Shown one piece after another: positions 10,681-20,908 of a stretch of 64,000 nucleotides of DNA. This DNA is from an uncultured Spirochaetota bacterium. GTDB taxonomy: Bacteria > Spirochaetota > Spirochaetia > SZUA-6 > Fen-1364. Below the pieces are notes generated by a model, which had not been told where the DNA came from, did not search any database, and was given only the letters and a program-made list of their open reading frames with translations. The stretch lies in the NCBI GenBank assembly GCA_963745235.1, contig CAVUXE010000062.1, forward strand, positions 1 to 64,000. Reading direction: 5' to 3'. How positions within the stretch are numbered: the stretch's first letter is position 1; each line of letters starts with the position of its first letter. Made by a program: the position numbers and the translations under genes.

Positions 10681-10938
10681 ATGTCCATGGTCATGAATGG
10701 CGAAGGAAGAACAATTCCCGCAGGGCAATTCAAGGCGCGCTGTCTCTCACTCATAGATGAGGTGAGTCAAACCCATCGGGTGATCACCATAACGAAACGC
10801 GGCAGACCTGTGGCCAGGCTCGTCCCGCTGGAGGAGGAGAAGCCGCGGAGCCTGTACGGCTCTTTTGCGGGGCACGTTCTGGAGGAAGGCGATATCGTGA
10901 GCCCGACGGGTGAAGAATGGGGGGCGGAGCGTGGATAG
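10681..10938 (+). CDS. Phd/YefM-family antitoxin
   Basis: AGQFKARCLSLIDEV...ITKRGRPVARLVP; overlaps the downstream PIN gene. Confidence 0.92.
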   Translation: MSMVMNGEGRTIPAGQFKARCLSLIDEVSQTHRVITITKRGRPVARLVPLEEEKPRSLYGSFAGHVLEEGDIVSPTGEEWGAERG

Positions 10939-11349
10939 ACCCGTTCTCTTGGACACTCACGTGTGGGTATGGCTGATGGAAGGCCGCGCGGGGGTGAGCG
11001 CAGAGGCCGTCCAACTGATGGAGCGAGCCGGGAGAAGAGTCGTTCCTGCGGGTCAGTGTCATCTCCGCGTGGGAAGTCGGCATGCTGGAGGCCAGGGGAA
11101 GGCTCCGCTTCGACATCCCTTGCGAAAAGTGGGTGGAGACCGCTTTCGGGCTGCCAGGGCTGTCCTTGATGCCCCTCACGCCTTCCATTTGCGTTCGCAG
11201 CTCCCGGCTTACCGGGCATCTTCCACGGCGACCCGGCTGATCGACTCATCGTGGCAACGGCCCGAGAGCTTGGAGCAGTACTGCTGACAAGGGACGAGCC
11301 CATTCTCCAATACGCCGCACTGGGTCATCTGCGGGCGCTGGCGGCGTAG
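10931..11349 (+). CDS. vapC: VapC (PIN domain) toxin, frameshifted
   Basis: LLDTHVWVW ... VSVISAWEVGML ... FHGDPADRLIVATA ... LLTRD, read across frames. Confidence 0.88.
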
Positions 11350-11365
11350 GCCCAAAGGCGAATAC

Positions 11366-12277
11366 ATGAGGTATCGCACGCTGGGGAAATCCGGCATAGA
11401 GGTGTCAACTGTCGGTCTGGGATGCATGTCTCTGGGGACTGAGAAGACCAAGGCAGAGCGCACCATTTGCAGGGCTCTCGATCTGGGAGTCACGCTTTTC
11501 GACACCGCTGACTTATATGACAAGGGCATCAACGAGGAGCTCGTAGGAAGTGTGCTCCACGACGTCCGTGACAAGGTGGTGATTTCCACCAAAGTGGGAA
11601 ATCGGCGACGCACGGACGGCTCGGGGTTGGACTGGGATCCTTCCCGGGAATACATCCTGAAACAGGTCCACGAGAGTCTTCGCCGGCTCCGCACGGACTA
11701 CATCGATCTGTACCAGCTGCATGGCGGGACCATTGAGGATCCCACGGAAGAGACGGTCCGGGCGTTTGAGCAGCTGCAACAGGACGGCCTTATCCGCGCC
11801 TGGGGCATCTCATCGATACGGCCCAATGTAGTGCGGCGATACGCTGCCATGGCCAGGGGCGGGGCGGCCAGGGTCTCTTCGGAGATGGTCCAATATAGCA
11901 TCCTCGACCGCAGACCGGAAGAGGAAATCCTGAACACAGCCGCAAGCGCGGGAATTGGGGTCCTGGTGCGAGGGGCGGTGGCTGGTGGTCTTCTCGCGGG
12001 AAAGCCCCCGGCAGCATACCTGGAACTGACTACCTCCGAAGTGCGCACTGCGCAGGAAGCCCTGCGCGTGATGTGCGAACGAGACAAGGATTTGCCTGGT
12101 ATGGCCATCGCGTTCGCACTGAGCCACCCTGCCGTGACCGCCGTGGTGGCAGGAGCCAGCAGCGTGGCTCAGTTGGAGGCAAACGCCGCCGCGTCCGACT
12201 TTCCGCCGCTGGCGGAGAGTAGCCTGCGGCTCCTGAGGGACGCAGTCCGCCAGCTGTGCTACTCGAGCCATCGATAG
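11366..12277 (+). CDS. aldo/keto reductase
   Basis: GLGCMS, FDTADLY, STKVG and SLRRLRTDYIDLYQLH motifs. Confidence 0.95.
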   Translation: MRYRTLGKSGIEVSTVGLGCMSLGTEKTKAERTICRALDLGVTLFDTADLYDKGINEELVGSVLHDVRDKVVISTKVGNRRRTDGSGLDWDPSREYILKQVHESLRRLRTDYIDLYQLHGGTIEDPTEETVRAFEQLQQDGLIRAWGISSIRPNVVRRYAAMARGGAARVSSEMVQYSILDRRPEEEILNTAASAGIGVLVRGAVAGGLLAGKPPAAYLELTTSEVRTAQEALRVMCERDKDLPGMAIAFALSHPAVTAVVAGASSVAQLEANAAASDFPPLAESSLRLLRDAVRQLCYSSHR

Positions 12278-12402
12278 GCGCCCGCAAGAGGCTGGAAGGC
12301 GTGATTCAGAGAAACACCCCGAACCACAGATCCGTTGGACAACGCAACGTCTGAAAGCCGACTCCAGTCGCTCGATCTGCCGCGCGCGGATACCCGCTGA
12401 AC

Positions 12403-12822
12403 CTAAAGGACGAGAAAGCCTTCCCTTTGTGCGGCCAGCTTCAGTTTGTCATCACTGGTGACAAGCGCCAGCGAAGAGGGATCCTCATGTGCAGCCACCA
12501 GGGCTGCTCCGAGTTGCACGGCGTCTGTGGCGCGCAGAGGATGCATTCGCAGCAGTCGAATAGCCCGTTTGCGCACTTCTTCGGACGGGAGGATTTCAAC
12601 GCAGGTTTCGCAGAATGCATCAAGATTTCCCAGGGCTTGAACCAACCCTCGCTCATCGAGAGATTGTTCCCTTTGAAGCCGGTTGAGCGCGGAGGCGCAT
12701 TCAATCCTGCTTCCCCACCAGGTTACGACGTGTGCGTCTTCCTTGAGGAGTGACGTTCTCCTCTCCGACTCAGGCTCAGTGACGAACAGGGAAATCAAAG
12801 CAGACGAGTCCCAGTACCTCAC
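12403..12822 (-). CDS. vapC: VapC (PIN domain) toxin
   Basis: YWDSSAL...E....LRATDAVQLGAA...VTSDDKL..AA.REGF. Confidence 0.93.
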   Translation of the reverse strand: MRYWDSSALISLFVTEPESERRTSLLKEDAHVVTWWGSRIECASALNRLQREQSLDERGLVQALGNLDAFCETCVEILPSEEVRKRAIRLLRMHPLRATDAVQLGAALVAAHEDPSSLALVTSDDKLKLAAQREGFLVL

Positions 12823-13116
12823 CTGGCGTCACGATCCTTGACGAGTGTCTCAGCCCCCAAGGCTCCCTCCGGAAGGCGTGGCCGGGGCCGCCTGAGAAAA
12901 GCGACCATGTCGAGCGGGTGGCGGGGCGCGGAAGCAGCGCCGGATTTGACGAGCGCATCTGACCCGCTCAGCATCGGGAATATCCGCATGATTGACTGGC
13001 TCCAGTCTGGCTACCGGCTTGTCGCGGTCAAAAATCAGCACTGTTTCCCCTTTTTTTACATCATTCAGATAGCTACTGAAGTGGCTTTTCGCTTGGCTCA
13101 CGTTGGTTCTCTTCAT
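12819..13116 (-). CDS. Phd/YefM-family antitoxin, frameshifted in its 3' half
   Basis: NVSQAKSHFSSYLNDVKKGETVLIFDRDKPVARL. An alternative frame ends ETLVKDRDAR* in a GTGA overlap with vapC. Confidence 0.88.
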
Positions 13117-13135
13117 ATGACTAATGTGGTCATAT
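13115..13135. promoter_or_regulatory. TA autoregulatory operator ATATGAC-N7-GTCATAT
   Basis: Perfect 7-bp inverted repeat overlapping the antitoxin start codon and a TTGACT-N17-CACATT promoter-like sequence. Confidence 0.65.
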
Positions 13136-13256
13136 CGTAGAGGTCAGTCAACTCTCCCGCGGGTCGGCGGCATGGCGAATTATTCGGTATCTTTCTGCAG
13201 GAGTGTCCGCTGCCCTGTCGCAGGGAGCGGGCGCCTGCACCGGAGGTGGTTGCGCC

Positions 13257-13895
13257 ATGAAAGAGTCGGTTTGCCCGACGAGGGATCGGAAGATCCCCAA
13301 CATCCTCACCAACAACCTGCTTCGCCATCTCTTTTCGCCGCCCGGGCGGCTCCTGGAGAAATACGTCGGGCGGGGAGAGCGAGCCGCGGACCTCGGCTGC
13401 GGAGCCGGCTTTCACACGCTCCCCATGGCGCGCATTGTCGGAGGGGAAGGAAGGGTCTACGCCGTGGACTTCGACCCGAAGGCTATTGCCCGGCTGGAGC
13501 GGCAGGTGAAGCGCCGAGGATATGACCACATCATTGAATCGCGCACGGCATCGGCTTCCGCCATCGACTTCATAGAGAGCCGGTCCATCCACTTCGTTCT
13601 CGCCGAGGGGCTTCTCTGCTGCATGACAGATCACGCCGGGGTTGTCCGCCAGATCCGGAGAATCCTCCACCCGGCGGGGCGCGCGTACCTGAGCGTGATA
13701 AAGCTTGCCCGGGCGGATGATCCCCGGGCGGTTTCGAGGGAAACGTGGAAGCTGCTTCTTTCCAGCTTTCGCCTGCTGGGCAGCGGCGAGGGCCTCCTGA
13801 CCCGCTGGGCTCTCGTGGGCCCGGGTGAAGGCGGTTCATCCGCCGAGCCGCTTTTCGAAGAGACCGTCCACACCGGCCGGCTCCCCTGCTGCTGA
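13257..13895 (+). CDS. class I SAM-dependent methyltransferase
   Basis: DLGCGAG motif I, VYAVD and RILHPAG. RBS GGAGG precedes ATG 13257. Confidence 0.88.
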   Translation: MKESVCPTRDRKIPNILTNNLLRHLFSPPGRLLEKYVGRGERAADLGCGAGFHTLPMARIVGGEGRVYAVDFDPKAIARLERQVKRRGYDHIIESRTASASAIDFIESRSIHFVLAEGLLCCMTDHAGVVRQIRRILHPAGRAYLSVIKLARADDPRAVSRETWKLLLSSFRLLGSGEGLLTRWALVGPGEGGSSAEPLFEETVHTGRLPCC

Positions 13896-13932
13896 GAAGG
13901 CGGCTGCTCCTTCGGGTTCCCGACTTTCCCCG

Positions 13933-15045
13933 CTACCTCTCGAAATCGGTCACCGACGTGCTGATGTGGGCGCTCAGAGCCGCATCCCCCGCAGGGCCTG
14001 TGCGGGACGCAACCATGCCCACCAGCCTGCTCTGGGCATCGTCTCGGCGTCTTGCAAACTCGAGATCCTGCGGCGCCCAGCCTTCGAGCAGCCGGGTCGC
14101 CAATCGCCTGCGCTTCCAGTATTCCAGCGACCTCGGGGAGCCCTCCGCGTAATCGTAGTCCTTCCAAAGAGGGCAGAAGGATCCGTTCTCCAGAACGGCC
14201 GCGCGATACAGCGAAACGCACGGCATGGAGGAAGCTGTGAACCAGATAATCGCCCGCCGCTCCTCGGCGCGCATCTCCACCACCATGGATGATGTCGTGG
14301 CATTGTTGACCAGCCCGCCGCCGTGCATGCACAAGCTCCTGGTCCCGCTCACTCTGGCGCCATGGGAACGCAGGGCGGAAAAAACTGTCTCGATGGTGGC
14401 CCCTGGGGTTCTGATCCTCGAAAGGGAGAACGCTCTGCGGAAATCCCCCTGTGCGATCAGTCCATAGACGCGATTGCTGACGCGGCGTCTCCAGGAATAA
14501 CCCGGCCTCTTCTCCGCGGCCGTGGCGGGATCACAGCGATCGAAGTCATCCTCAATTGAGTAGCAGTTTGAGATGGCCCCGGGCGCCGTGAGCCTGTGCG
14601 CGGCCCAGCGCCTGCCGGCCGTTTCGATGATCCAGGCTTCCGCGAAGTCCGCCGCCAGGTAACTGTTGTCATAGAAGAGCTTCCCCCGGTATGCACCGTT
14701 TCCGCCCTGCGTGTGCGCCTCCGTGAAATGCCCTATGAAATCAACAGCCTCCTCTGCCGTTCCCGCCTCCTCCAGGGCCTGTCGGAGAATGTCCATGCCC
14801 AGCACGCCATCACGGGCCGGCTTCCAACGGGAGAACACAGCCTCGTTTCCCACCACGACGCCGCGGGCGTTGATTCCCATCTCCGCCCCGCGCATCCACA
14901 CCGGCCGGGACAGGAGAAGCGGCCAGTGCGGTCCAGGGGACAGCGTCATGACCTGAGGCTCGTCCGGATTCCGATCAGAGTTCTTGCCAAAGAAAGCCGG
15001 GCCGTTCCGTGTCGCGCTTGATGGCACCCAAAGAGTGTCGCACAT
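13933..15045 (-). CDS. peptidase C69/secernin-like Ntn hydrolase
   Basis: Starts M-C-D-T (N-terminal nucleophile Cys); FGKNSDRNPDEPQ, WMRGAEMGIN, GNEAV, SLCMHG. Confidence 0.92.
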   Translation of the reverse strand: MCDTLWVPSSATRNGPAFFGKNSDRNPDEPQVMTLSPGPHWPLLLSRPVWMRGAEMGINARGVVVGNEAVFSRWKPARDGVLGMDILRQALEEAGTAEEAVDFIGHFTEAHTQGGNGAYRGKLFYDNSYLAADFAEAWIIETAGRRWAAHRLTAPGAISNCYSIEDDFDRCDPATAAEKRPGYSWRRRVSNRVYGLIAQGDFRRAFSLSRIRTPGATIETVFSALRSHGARVSGTRSLCMHGGGLVNNATTSSMVVEMRAEERRAIIWFTASSMPCVSLYRAAVLENGSFCPLWKDYDYAEGSPRSLEYWKRRRLATRLLEGWAPQDLEFARRRDDAQSRLVGMVASRTGPAGDAALSAHISTSVTDFER

Positions 15046-15140
15046 ATCTGCAGCATAGAGCCGCGCAACAGCCTCCGCAAGGGAGAGCGGCAAGGGAGCG
15101 GGCGCCGTTCCCTGCGGGCGGATTTCGCTATATTTCCCCC

Positions 15141-17024
15141 ATGAGGAACGTCGACGAGCTTCGTGATCCGGCATATCTCAAGCGGATCATCTCTCGCTCC
15201 GCCACGGTCACAACGACGTTCGAGCTGAAGCACTCGCCGGCCGAGCTGTGGCCCTTCATTTCGAACACGGACATGGTCAACAAGAGGATGGGTCTGCCTG
15301 CCGTGACATACAGCTTTCGCAAGAACGCCGCCGGGGGGACCTTTGTCCATGGCAAATTCCGCGCGGGACCGCTGATGGTGGACTACGAGGAGCTTCCCTT
15401 CGAATGGCTGGCGCCGCGATTCTTGAGATCGGATCGGGTTTTCCAGAATGGACCTCTCAGGCTGATGCGTTACGAGGTGGAGCTTTCGCCGCTTCCCGCG
15501 GGAGGGACAGGGGTCCTGGTGGCGCTCACGATTTCCCCCTCTTCCATCGGGATCCTCGGGAAGCCGATTATTCGAAGCTTCCTGAGCCGATTTGAAAGAG
15601 TCTACCGCGACATCGACTCCCGGCTTGAGCAGAAGAGCGTGGTCATCCCCGCGGTCGGGTTTCTGGAGGACGGAGAATCCGTCAGGAAAAGAGCGCGCGC
15701 GCTGGCGGAGGACTGGGAGGGTCTCATGCCGCGCAGTCCGATCCCCCTCATTGTGGCAGAGTTCATCTCCAGCGCTCCGGACAGATTTCTCCGGCGGATT
15801 CGTCCGTTCGAGTTGGCCGCCCAGCACTCGGTAAACCGCCTGGAAATGCTCAAGTTTTTTCTTGCAGCCACGCGAAAGGGGTACCTGAACATGAGCTGGG
15901 ACATCCTCTGCCCGTCGTGTGGAGGAGACAAAGCCAAGTCTCCGTCTCTTGATGGAGTCACGACCAATGCCCATTGTGACTCTTGCGATATCGATTATGG
16001 GGTGGCCTTTGATCGGAATGTCGAGGTGACTTTCTCCCCCGCCACGAAGGTTCGAGATATCGGAACCGGCATCTTTTGTTTCGGAAATCCAGCCAATACA
16101 AGCCACGTCGTGGCACAGCACTCCGTGGAACCGGGCGAAGTCTCGCGGTTGACCCTCGTCCTTTCCGAAGGCCGGTATCGGCTGCGATCTCCCACGGTGG
16201 GCGGCCGAATGCTTTTCGAGGTCAGGGGAGACGGCAGGGACACGGCCCGCCTGGAAGCCATCCTGGACGGTGAGCTTGCAACGCAGGGCGTGAGCATGAT
16301 CGGGGCGAGCGTCGACGTGGAGATCAGGAACCCCAAGCGCTATACACAGACGGTCCGGATAGAAAACCTGTGGTGGCTCAGACACGCCACCACGGCTGCT
16401 TTCGTGACCTCCCTCCAGGACTTCCGTGACATGTTCAGCTCTGAAGCGCTGGCCCCCGGCATCCGGCTCGGGATCTCGAATCTGGCCATCATGTTTACCG
16501 ATCTCAAGGGCTCGACGTCTCTGTATGACAACTTTGGAGACGCCAAGGCATTCTCCCTTGTGCAAAGTCATTTCGACATCCTCCACCGGGTCATCGCGGC
16601 TCACATGGGCGGGATCGTGAAGACCATCGGAGACGCGGTCATGGCGGTATTCCAGCGCGCGGAGTATGCCTTCGAGGCGGGACTCGCCATCCTCCGCGAG
16701 CTCGAGGAGTGGAATCCCGGTCATGATGAAGGAGACAGGATCGCAATCAAGCTTGGCTTCTACGAAGGCCCGTGCATCGCGCTGACGCTGAACGAGAAGC
16801 TGGATTATTTCGGCTCCACCGTGAATCGTGCAAATCGGGTGCAGGACCAGAGCCGCGGCGGTGAAATGGTGCTGCCGGATCGGGTCTTCCGCTCGAAACC
16901 GATCCAGGACATCCTGAAGAGCGAGGCAGAGCGGGGAATCAGGACGAACGCGGAGAGGTTCGAGGCTACCCTGAGAGGCTTTGCAGAACCCCAGATCCTC
17001 TACCGCGTGAGCCTGGGTTCATGA
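15141..17024 (+). CDS. class III adenylate cyclase with SRPBCC-like and DUF5939-like N-terminal domains
   Basis: FTDLKGST, VKTIGDAVMA, DYFGSTVNRANR; central WDILCPSC...HCDSC...VEVTF...FC.G.P region. Confidence 0.9.
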   Translation: MRNVDELRDPAYLKRIISRSATVTTTFELKHSPAELWPFISNTDMVNKRMGLPAVTYSFRKNAAGGTFVHGKFRAGPLMVDYEELPFEWLAPRFLRSDRVFQNGPLRLMRYEVELSPLPAGGTGVLVALTISPSSIGILGKPIIRSFLSRFERVYRDIDSRLEQKSVVIPAVGFLEDGESVRKRARALAEDWEGLMPRSPIPLIVAEFISSAPDRFLRRIRPFELAAQHSVNRLEMLKFFLAATRKGYLNMSWDILCPSCGGDKAKSPSLDGVTTNAHCDSCDIDYGVAFDRNVEVTFSPATKVRDIGTGIFCFGNPANTSHVVAQHSVEPGEVSRLTLVLSEGRYRLRSPTVGGRMLFEVRGDGRDTARLEAILDGELATQGVSMIGASVDVEIRNPKRYTQTVRIENLWWLRHATTAAFVTSLQDFRDMFSSEALAPGIRLGISNLAIMFTDLKGSTSLYDNFGDAKAFSLVQSHFDILHRVIAAHMGGIVKTIGDAVMAVFQRAEYAFEAGLAILRELEEWNPGHDEGDRIAIKLGFYEGPCIALTLNEKLDYFGSTVNRANRVQDQSRGGEMVLPDRVFRSKPIQDILKSEAERGIRTNAERFEATLRGFAEPQILYRVSLGS

Positions 17025-17952
17025 GAAGCGCGCCGCGTCGGTAGCTTCCCGGCGCCATCCCCATTTCACGCTTGAAGGCGGTGCTGAAAGCAGCTTCGGA
17101 TCCGTAGCCGATACGCTGGGCAATCTCTTCGAGAGTGGCGTCGGTCCGCTCCAGGAGCTCTGCAGCTTTCATCATGCGGTGATTCGTCAGGTACTCCAGC
17201 GGGGCCATGCCTGCAACCTGAGCGAAGCGCAAAGAGAACTTTGTGCGGGACATGCCCGCCTGCGCCGCCATGTCGGCAACGGTCCATGGGCGTTCAAGAT
17301 TGCCATGGAGAGCTTCGGTGACGCCATGCAGCTCCTTATCGAACATCAGGGCAAGGGGGTTGCTCTGGCAGGGCCTTCGCTGCACCTGATGTTCCGCCAT
17401 GTCGAACCTCAGGATCTGGATGAACAGAACCTTCAGCAGCTCGGAGCCTGCGGCACGTGACCCGGGCTCGGAGGACTTTTTCTCCCGGCAGAGCATCTTG
17501 AGAATGATGGAGATGGTCCCCGCGTTTTCGTCTGAGTCGGCTTTGATATGAACAACCTTGTCCATCGCTTTGAGGGTCGGCCTGGCGAACGGGCCGTCGA
17601 ACAGGAGCTCGCCGGCGAGCAGCGTGGACTCAGCGCCGCGCTTCCCGTATGTGAGCGTCATCCCATCCGGCTCCAGAGAAAGGTTGGAAAAAGGAACGAC
17701 CGCGCTTTCCCGGCTGTCGCGCAGCAGGTGCGGGTCACCGTGGGGAAGCATGACCAGATCACCTGCATTCAAATATGCCTGGATACCTGAGTCCGGCAGC
17801 TCGAGAAAGCAGCCACCCCGGGATACGACGTAGAACGGGGACGCATCCTCCCGCACCGGGAACTCGATGCCCCAGGGCGCGCTCAAGATCGCGTTGTAGC
17901 TCGCCCCCCCACGCAACCGAAGAGTCTCCAGAAGGTCTGACAGTATGTCCAT
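16966..17952 (-). CDS. AraC-family regulator with cupin-type sensor domain
   Basis: MDILSDLL..LRL, PWG, PWTVADMA..AGMSR, IGYGSEAAFSTAFKR. Confidence 0.94.
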   Translation of the reverse strand: MDILSDLLETLRLRGGASYNAILSAPWGIEFPVREDASPFYVVSRGGCFLELPDSGIQAYLNAGDLVMLPHGDPHLLRDSRESAVVPFSNLSLEPDGMTLTYGKRGAESTLLAGELLFDGPFARPTLKAMDKVVHIKADSDENAGTISIILKMLCREKKSSEPGSRAAGSELLKVLFIQILRFDMAEHQVQRRPCQSNPLALMFDKELHGVTEALHGNLERPWTVADMAAQAGMSRTKFSLRFAQVAGMAPLEYLTNHRMMKAAELLERTDATLEEIAQRIGYGSEAAFSTAFKREMGMAPGSYRRGALLMNPGSRGRGSGVLQSLSG

Positions 17953-18056
17953 GTGCTCGTTCTCTTCATGGATCGTTCAGAAACCCTGAACGACAAAACA
18001 TAAAAAAAGTATAATCTATTATTCTCCATTCGGCAAGTCGAGATCACCTTTGACGC

Positions 18057-18668
18057 ATGAACATGAACCAGACTATCTCCCCAGTTTCCCAGCTCGATGA
18101 CGCAGCGTTGGATCTGCTGTTTCGGGAGGCTCGCAGCTTCTCGTTCTGGCAGCCGCGCCCAATTGATGAGTCCGTGATCCGCAATCTCTACGATCTGCTC
18201 AAGTTCGGCCCGACGAGCGCAAACACCTCGCCGGCGCGTTTTGTGTTCCTGACGAGCGACGAAGCCAAGGCCCGGCTGGTGCCCCTCATGCCCGAGATGA
18301 ATCGAGAGAAAACGCGAACCGCGCCGGTTGTCGTCCTGGTGGCCTACGACCTGAAGTTCTATGAGAAGTTGGACAAGCTCATGCCCCACCGTGACTACAA
18401 GCCGTGGTTCACGGGCAACCCCGCATATGCGGAGAAAACCGCCAGGCAAAGCGGCACGCTGCAGGGCGCTTACCTCATGCTTGCCGCGAGGTCCCTGGGC
18501 CTCGACTGCGGACCCATGCTGGGGAATGACGATCAAATCAACGCCGAGTTTTTTCCCGAAAGCTCCTGGCGCCTCAACTTCGTCTGCGCGCTGGGTTACG
18601 GCATACGGGAGAAACTCTTCCCGCGCCTGCCGCGCCTGGACTTCGATGAGGCAGCGTTGATCCTATAG
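18057..18668 (+). CDS. RutE-like nitroreductase (malonic semialdehyde reductase family)
   Basis: LFREARS, GPTSANTSPARF, LQGAYLMLAARSLGLDCGPM, FPRLPRLDFDE. Divergent from AraC. Confidence 0.88.
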   Translation: MNMNQTISPVSQLDDAALDLLFREARSFSFWQPRPIDESVIRNLYDLLKFGPTSANTSPARFVFLTSDEAKARLVPLMPEMNREKTRTAPVVVLVAYDLKFYEKLDKLMPHRDYKPWFTGNPAYAEKTARQSGTLQGAYLMLAARSLGLDCGPMLGNDDQINAEFFPESSWRLNFVCALGYGIREKLFPRLPRLDFDEAALIL

Positions 18669-18747
18669 CTCATGCGGCCAGGCACTTTTTCCTGTATTTG
18701 AGCTGAAAGGATTGCCCGTGCATGCAGTCAGAACCGAATGAAGCCCA

Positions 18748-19791
18748 TCAAGGAGCAGCCATGCGATAGGTTGTGTCGATGAGCGCGAAGCGGCCACGCA
18801 CTCCGCGCGTCACATGAATGACCCTCTTCGAGTCCACGATGATCACATCGACTCCGAGATGCTGTGCAAAGGCAAGGCCGTGTTCCACGCCTAGGGCCAT
18901 GATGCACAGGGTGGGCCCATCGGCGTTGCGCATTCGATCCGTGATCACCGTCACGGATACCACGCCGTCATCCACGGGATAACCGGTGCGGGGATCCATA
19001 ATGTGCTGGTAACGCCGCCCGTTCCTCGTGAAGAATTGCTCGTAGGACCCGGACGTATTGACTGCTTCATCACGCACCTCGACGATGCCCAGAGAAACTC
19101 CGGTCCGCGCGTCGGGTTTCTGGATGCCGATCCGCCATGGGGCTCCGTCCGGCCGTGATCCCAGGGCAACGACGCTTCCACCGACATCCACGACCCCGCT
19201 CCGCACGCCACGGGCGGCGAGGATGCGGCCGGTCTCCACTGCCGCGAAGCCCTTGAGGAGAGCCCCGAAATCCAACGTCATGCCGGGGCGGCGCAAAGCG
19301 ACCGTTCTTGCCTGCTCGTCCACAACAGCATCTTTCCAGCCGATCAGCCGAAGCGCGGAGTGGATCTGTTCCCGCGGCGGGACATGGGCTTTGTCGCTTC
19401 CAATGCCCCAGAGCTTGACCAGCGGGCCCACGGTCGGATCAAACAGGCCGTCGGTGAGACTGGCAAGCCGGATGCCTTGGCGCAGCGCTTCGAGAAAGTC
19501 CTCGGAAACGTGCACCGCTCCCGTTCCCGCGGCCCGGTTTACCGCAGAAATCTCCGAGTCCGGGCTGTGCATGTTGAACTCCCGCAGGACCGCCTCGATG
19601 CGCTTGAAAGAGGCGGCGAACGTTGCGTCATCGGCGTGGTCGTAGAGAGTCAGAGTCGTTTTTGCAAAGGGGAACTCTCGAGTCTGCGTGACAGGGCCGC
19701 CCGGGGCGGAGCACGCGGAGAGCATCAGGGAGCAAAAGAGAGCTGCGGCCCCTGCGAGGGCACCGCCGACTTCGGACAGCCTGTTCCTCAT
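18748..19791 (-). CDS. apbE: FAD:protein FMN transferase lipoprotein
   Basis: Lipobox LSAC, FDPTVGPLVKLWG, LDFGALLKG, TSGSYE, HIMDPRTGYP. Start uncertain. Confidence 0.92.
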   Translation of the reverse strand: MRNRLSEVGGALAGAAALFCSLMLSACSAPGGPVTQTREFPFAKTTLTLYDHADDATFAASFKRIEAVLREFNMHSPDSEISAVNRAAGTGAVHVSEDFLEALRQGIRLASLTDGLFDPTVGPLVKLWGIGSDKAHVPPREQIHSALRLIGWKDAVVDEQARTVALRRPGMTLDFGALLKGFAAVETGRILAARGVRSGVVDVGGSVVALGSRPDGAPWRIGIQKPDARTGVSLGIVEVRDEAVNTSGSYEQFFTRNGRRYQHIMDPRTGYPVDDGVVSVTVITDRMRNADGPTLCIMALGVEHGLAFAQHLGVDVIIVDSKRVIHVTRGVRGRFALIDTTYRMAAP

Positions 19792-19866
19792 GGCGGCCGG
19801 TACACTATCGTTCTTGACTCTCTTGGTCAAACTCCTGGGCTTCTGGCGCGGCTCTCTGCAACGGTT

Positions 19867-20262
19867 TCAATCTTCGATAGTGCTCATGGCCTGGAAGGCT
19901 TCCGGCAAGCGCAGCAGCTTTCCTTCCCTGCCGATGCAGGCAAAGGAGAGTCGGGCATCAACCAGGAGAGCGCCTTCCCGCAACACCCGCTGGCGTAGCG
20001 TGGCCTTCACGGCCTTCGCTTCCATGAGCTCCGTCGTGACCTCGAGTGTGTCTCCGAGGTGCGCGGAGCGCCGGTAGCTGACGTCCACGTGGGTTACCAC
20101 CAGGAACATTCCCTTGTTGTGCAGGTCAGGAACGTCGACGCCGTGCTCCAGCATGTACTCCGTTCGCGCCCGTTCCATGAACCGAAGGTAATTCGCGTAG
20201 TACACTACGCCACCGGCGTCGGTATCTTCGTAGTAGACTTTCACCGTGAAGCTGTGGGGCAT
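19867..20262 (-). CDS. ybgC: YbgC/FadM-family acyl-CoA thioesterase
   Basis: VYYEDTDAGGVVYYANYLRFMERARTE. RBS AGGAGG. Confidence 0.9.
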   Translation of the reverse strand: MPHSFTVKVYYEDTDAGGVVYYANYLRFMERARTEYMLEHGVDVPDLHNKGMFLVVTHVDVSYRRSAHLGDTLEVTTELMEAKAVKATLRQRVLREGALLVDARLSFACIGREGKLLRLPEAFQAMSTIED

Positions 20263-20473
20263 GGAGACCTCCTGGGCGCCGCGGTTATTGTCCCTGGAGA
20301 GGCCCTGCCTCTGCAAGCGCCTGCCAGTGATCGTCTGACTACGCGAGACATCCCTCCACACGCCGCGCGGCAGGCGAAGTCCACGGAAGCTCCGCGTACA
20401 ACCAGAAGAGGCTGCCGTTGTTCCGCGGGCTCGACCGAAGGGATTCCAGGCCGTTCGGGGTCAGCGATGGACG

Positions 20474-20908
20474 CTATTTCCTCCAGGGAATTGCCGGCAG
20501 GGGGCTGCCGGTCTCCAGGTAGGTTTTCAATCCACAGAGGATGAAGGTCCAGCCGTTTGCAGCCTGCTGCGCGCCGCTTGCCGACATGTCGATGTCGTGC
20601 GTGATGAGAAGCTTCACCAGCGGGCCCATCTGGGTGATTTCAAAAACCACGGTGGTGTTGTCCGTGCTGGTGCCGCTTCCCCAGGTGTAGGAAAGACGCT
20701 TGTTCGCCTCCACCTCCAGCACCTTGCCCTTGACCTCGATGTTGCCCTCGGGCGTTGTGATGGTCACCGGGGACCCAACCTTCCAATCCGACTCCACCTT
20801 TCTCCCGAACCAGTACTGCTGCGTGAACTGGGACGTGGTGAGCGCCTTCCACACCTTCTCCGCTGTGCTGTTGATGATCGTCTGGTACAAGAATCCTTCC
20901 TTAGCCAT
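20474..20908 (-). CDS. SRPBCC/AHSA1-like protein
   Basis: EKVWKALT...QYWFG...SDWKVGS...GW...L.GLKTYLETG. Confidence 0.93.
   Translation of the reverse strand: MAKEGFLYQTIINSTAEKVWKALTTSQFTQQYWFGRKVESDWKVGSPVTITTPEGNIEVKGKVLEVEANKRLSYTWGSGTSTDNTTVVFEITQMGPLVKLLITHDIDMSASGAQQAANGWTFILCGLKTYLETGSPLPAIPWRK

Noticed and set aside
16966-17024. Convergent 3' overlaps (cyclase/AraC 59 nt; MFS/fucosidase 44 nt at 22953-22996) as antisense regulation
   Set aside because: Short tail overlaps are common in GC-rich genomes and could also arise from indel errors near stop codons.
18057-18668. RutE-like gene as part of a rut pathway or of the 37-51 kb cluster
   Set aside because: No other rut genes are present. 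It lies ~19 kb away, divergent from its own AraC regulator.
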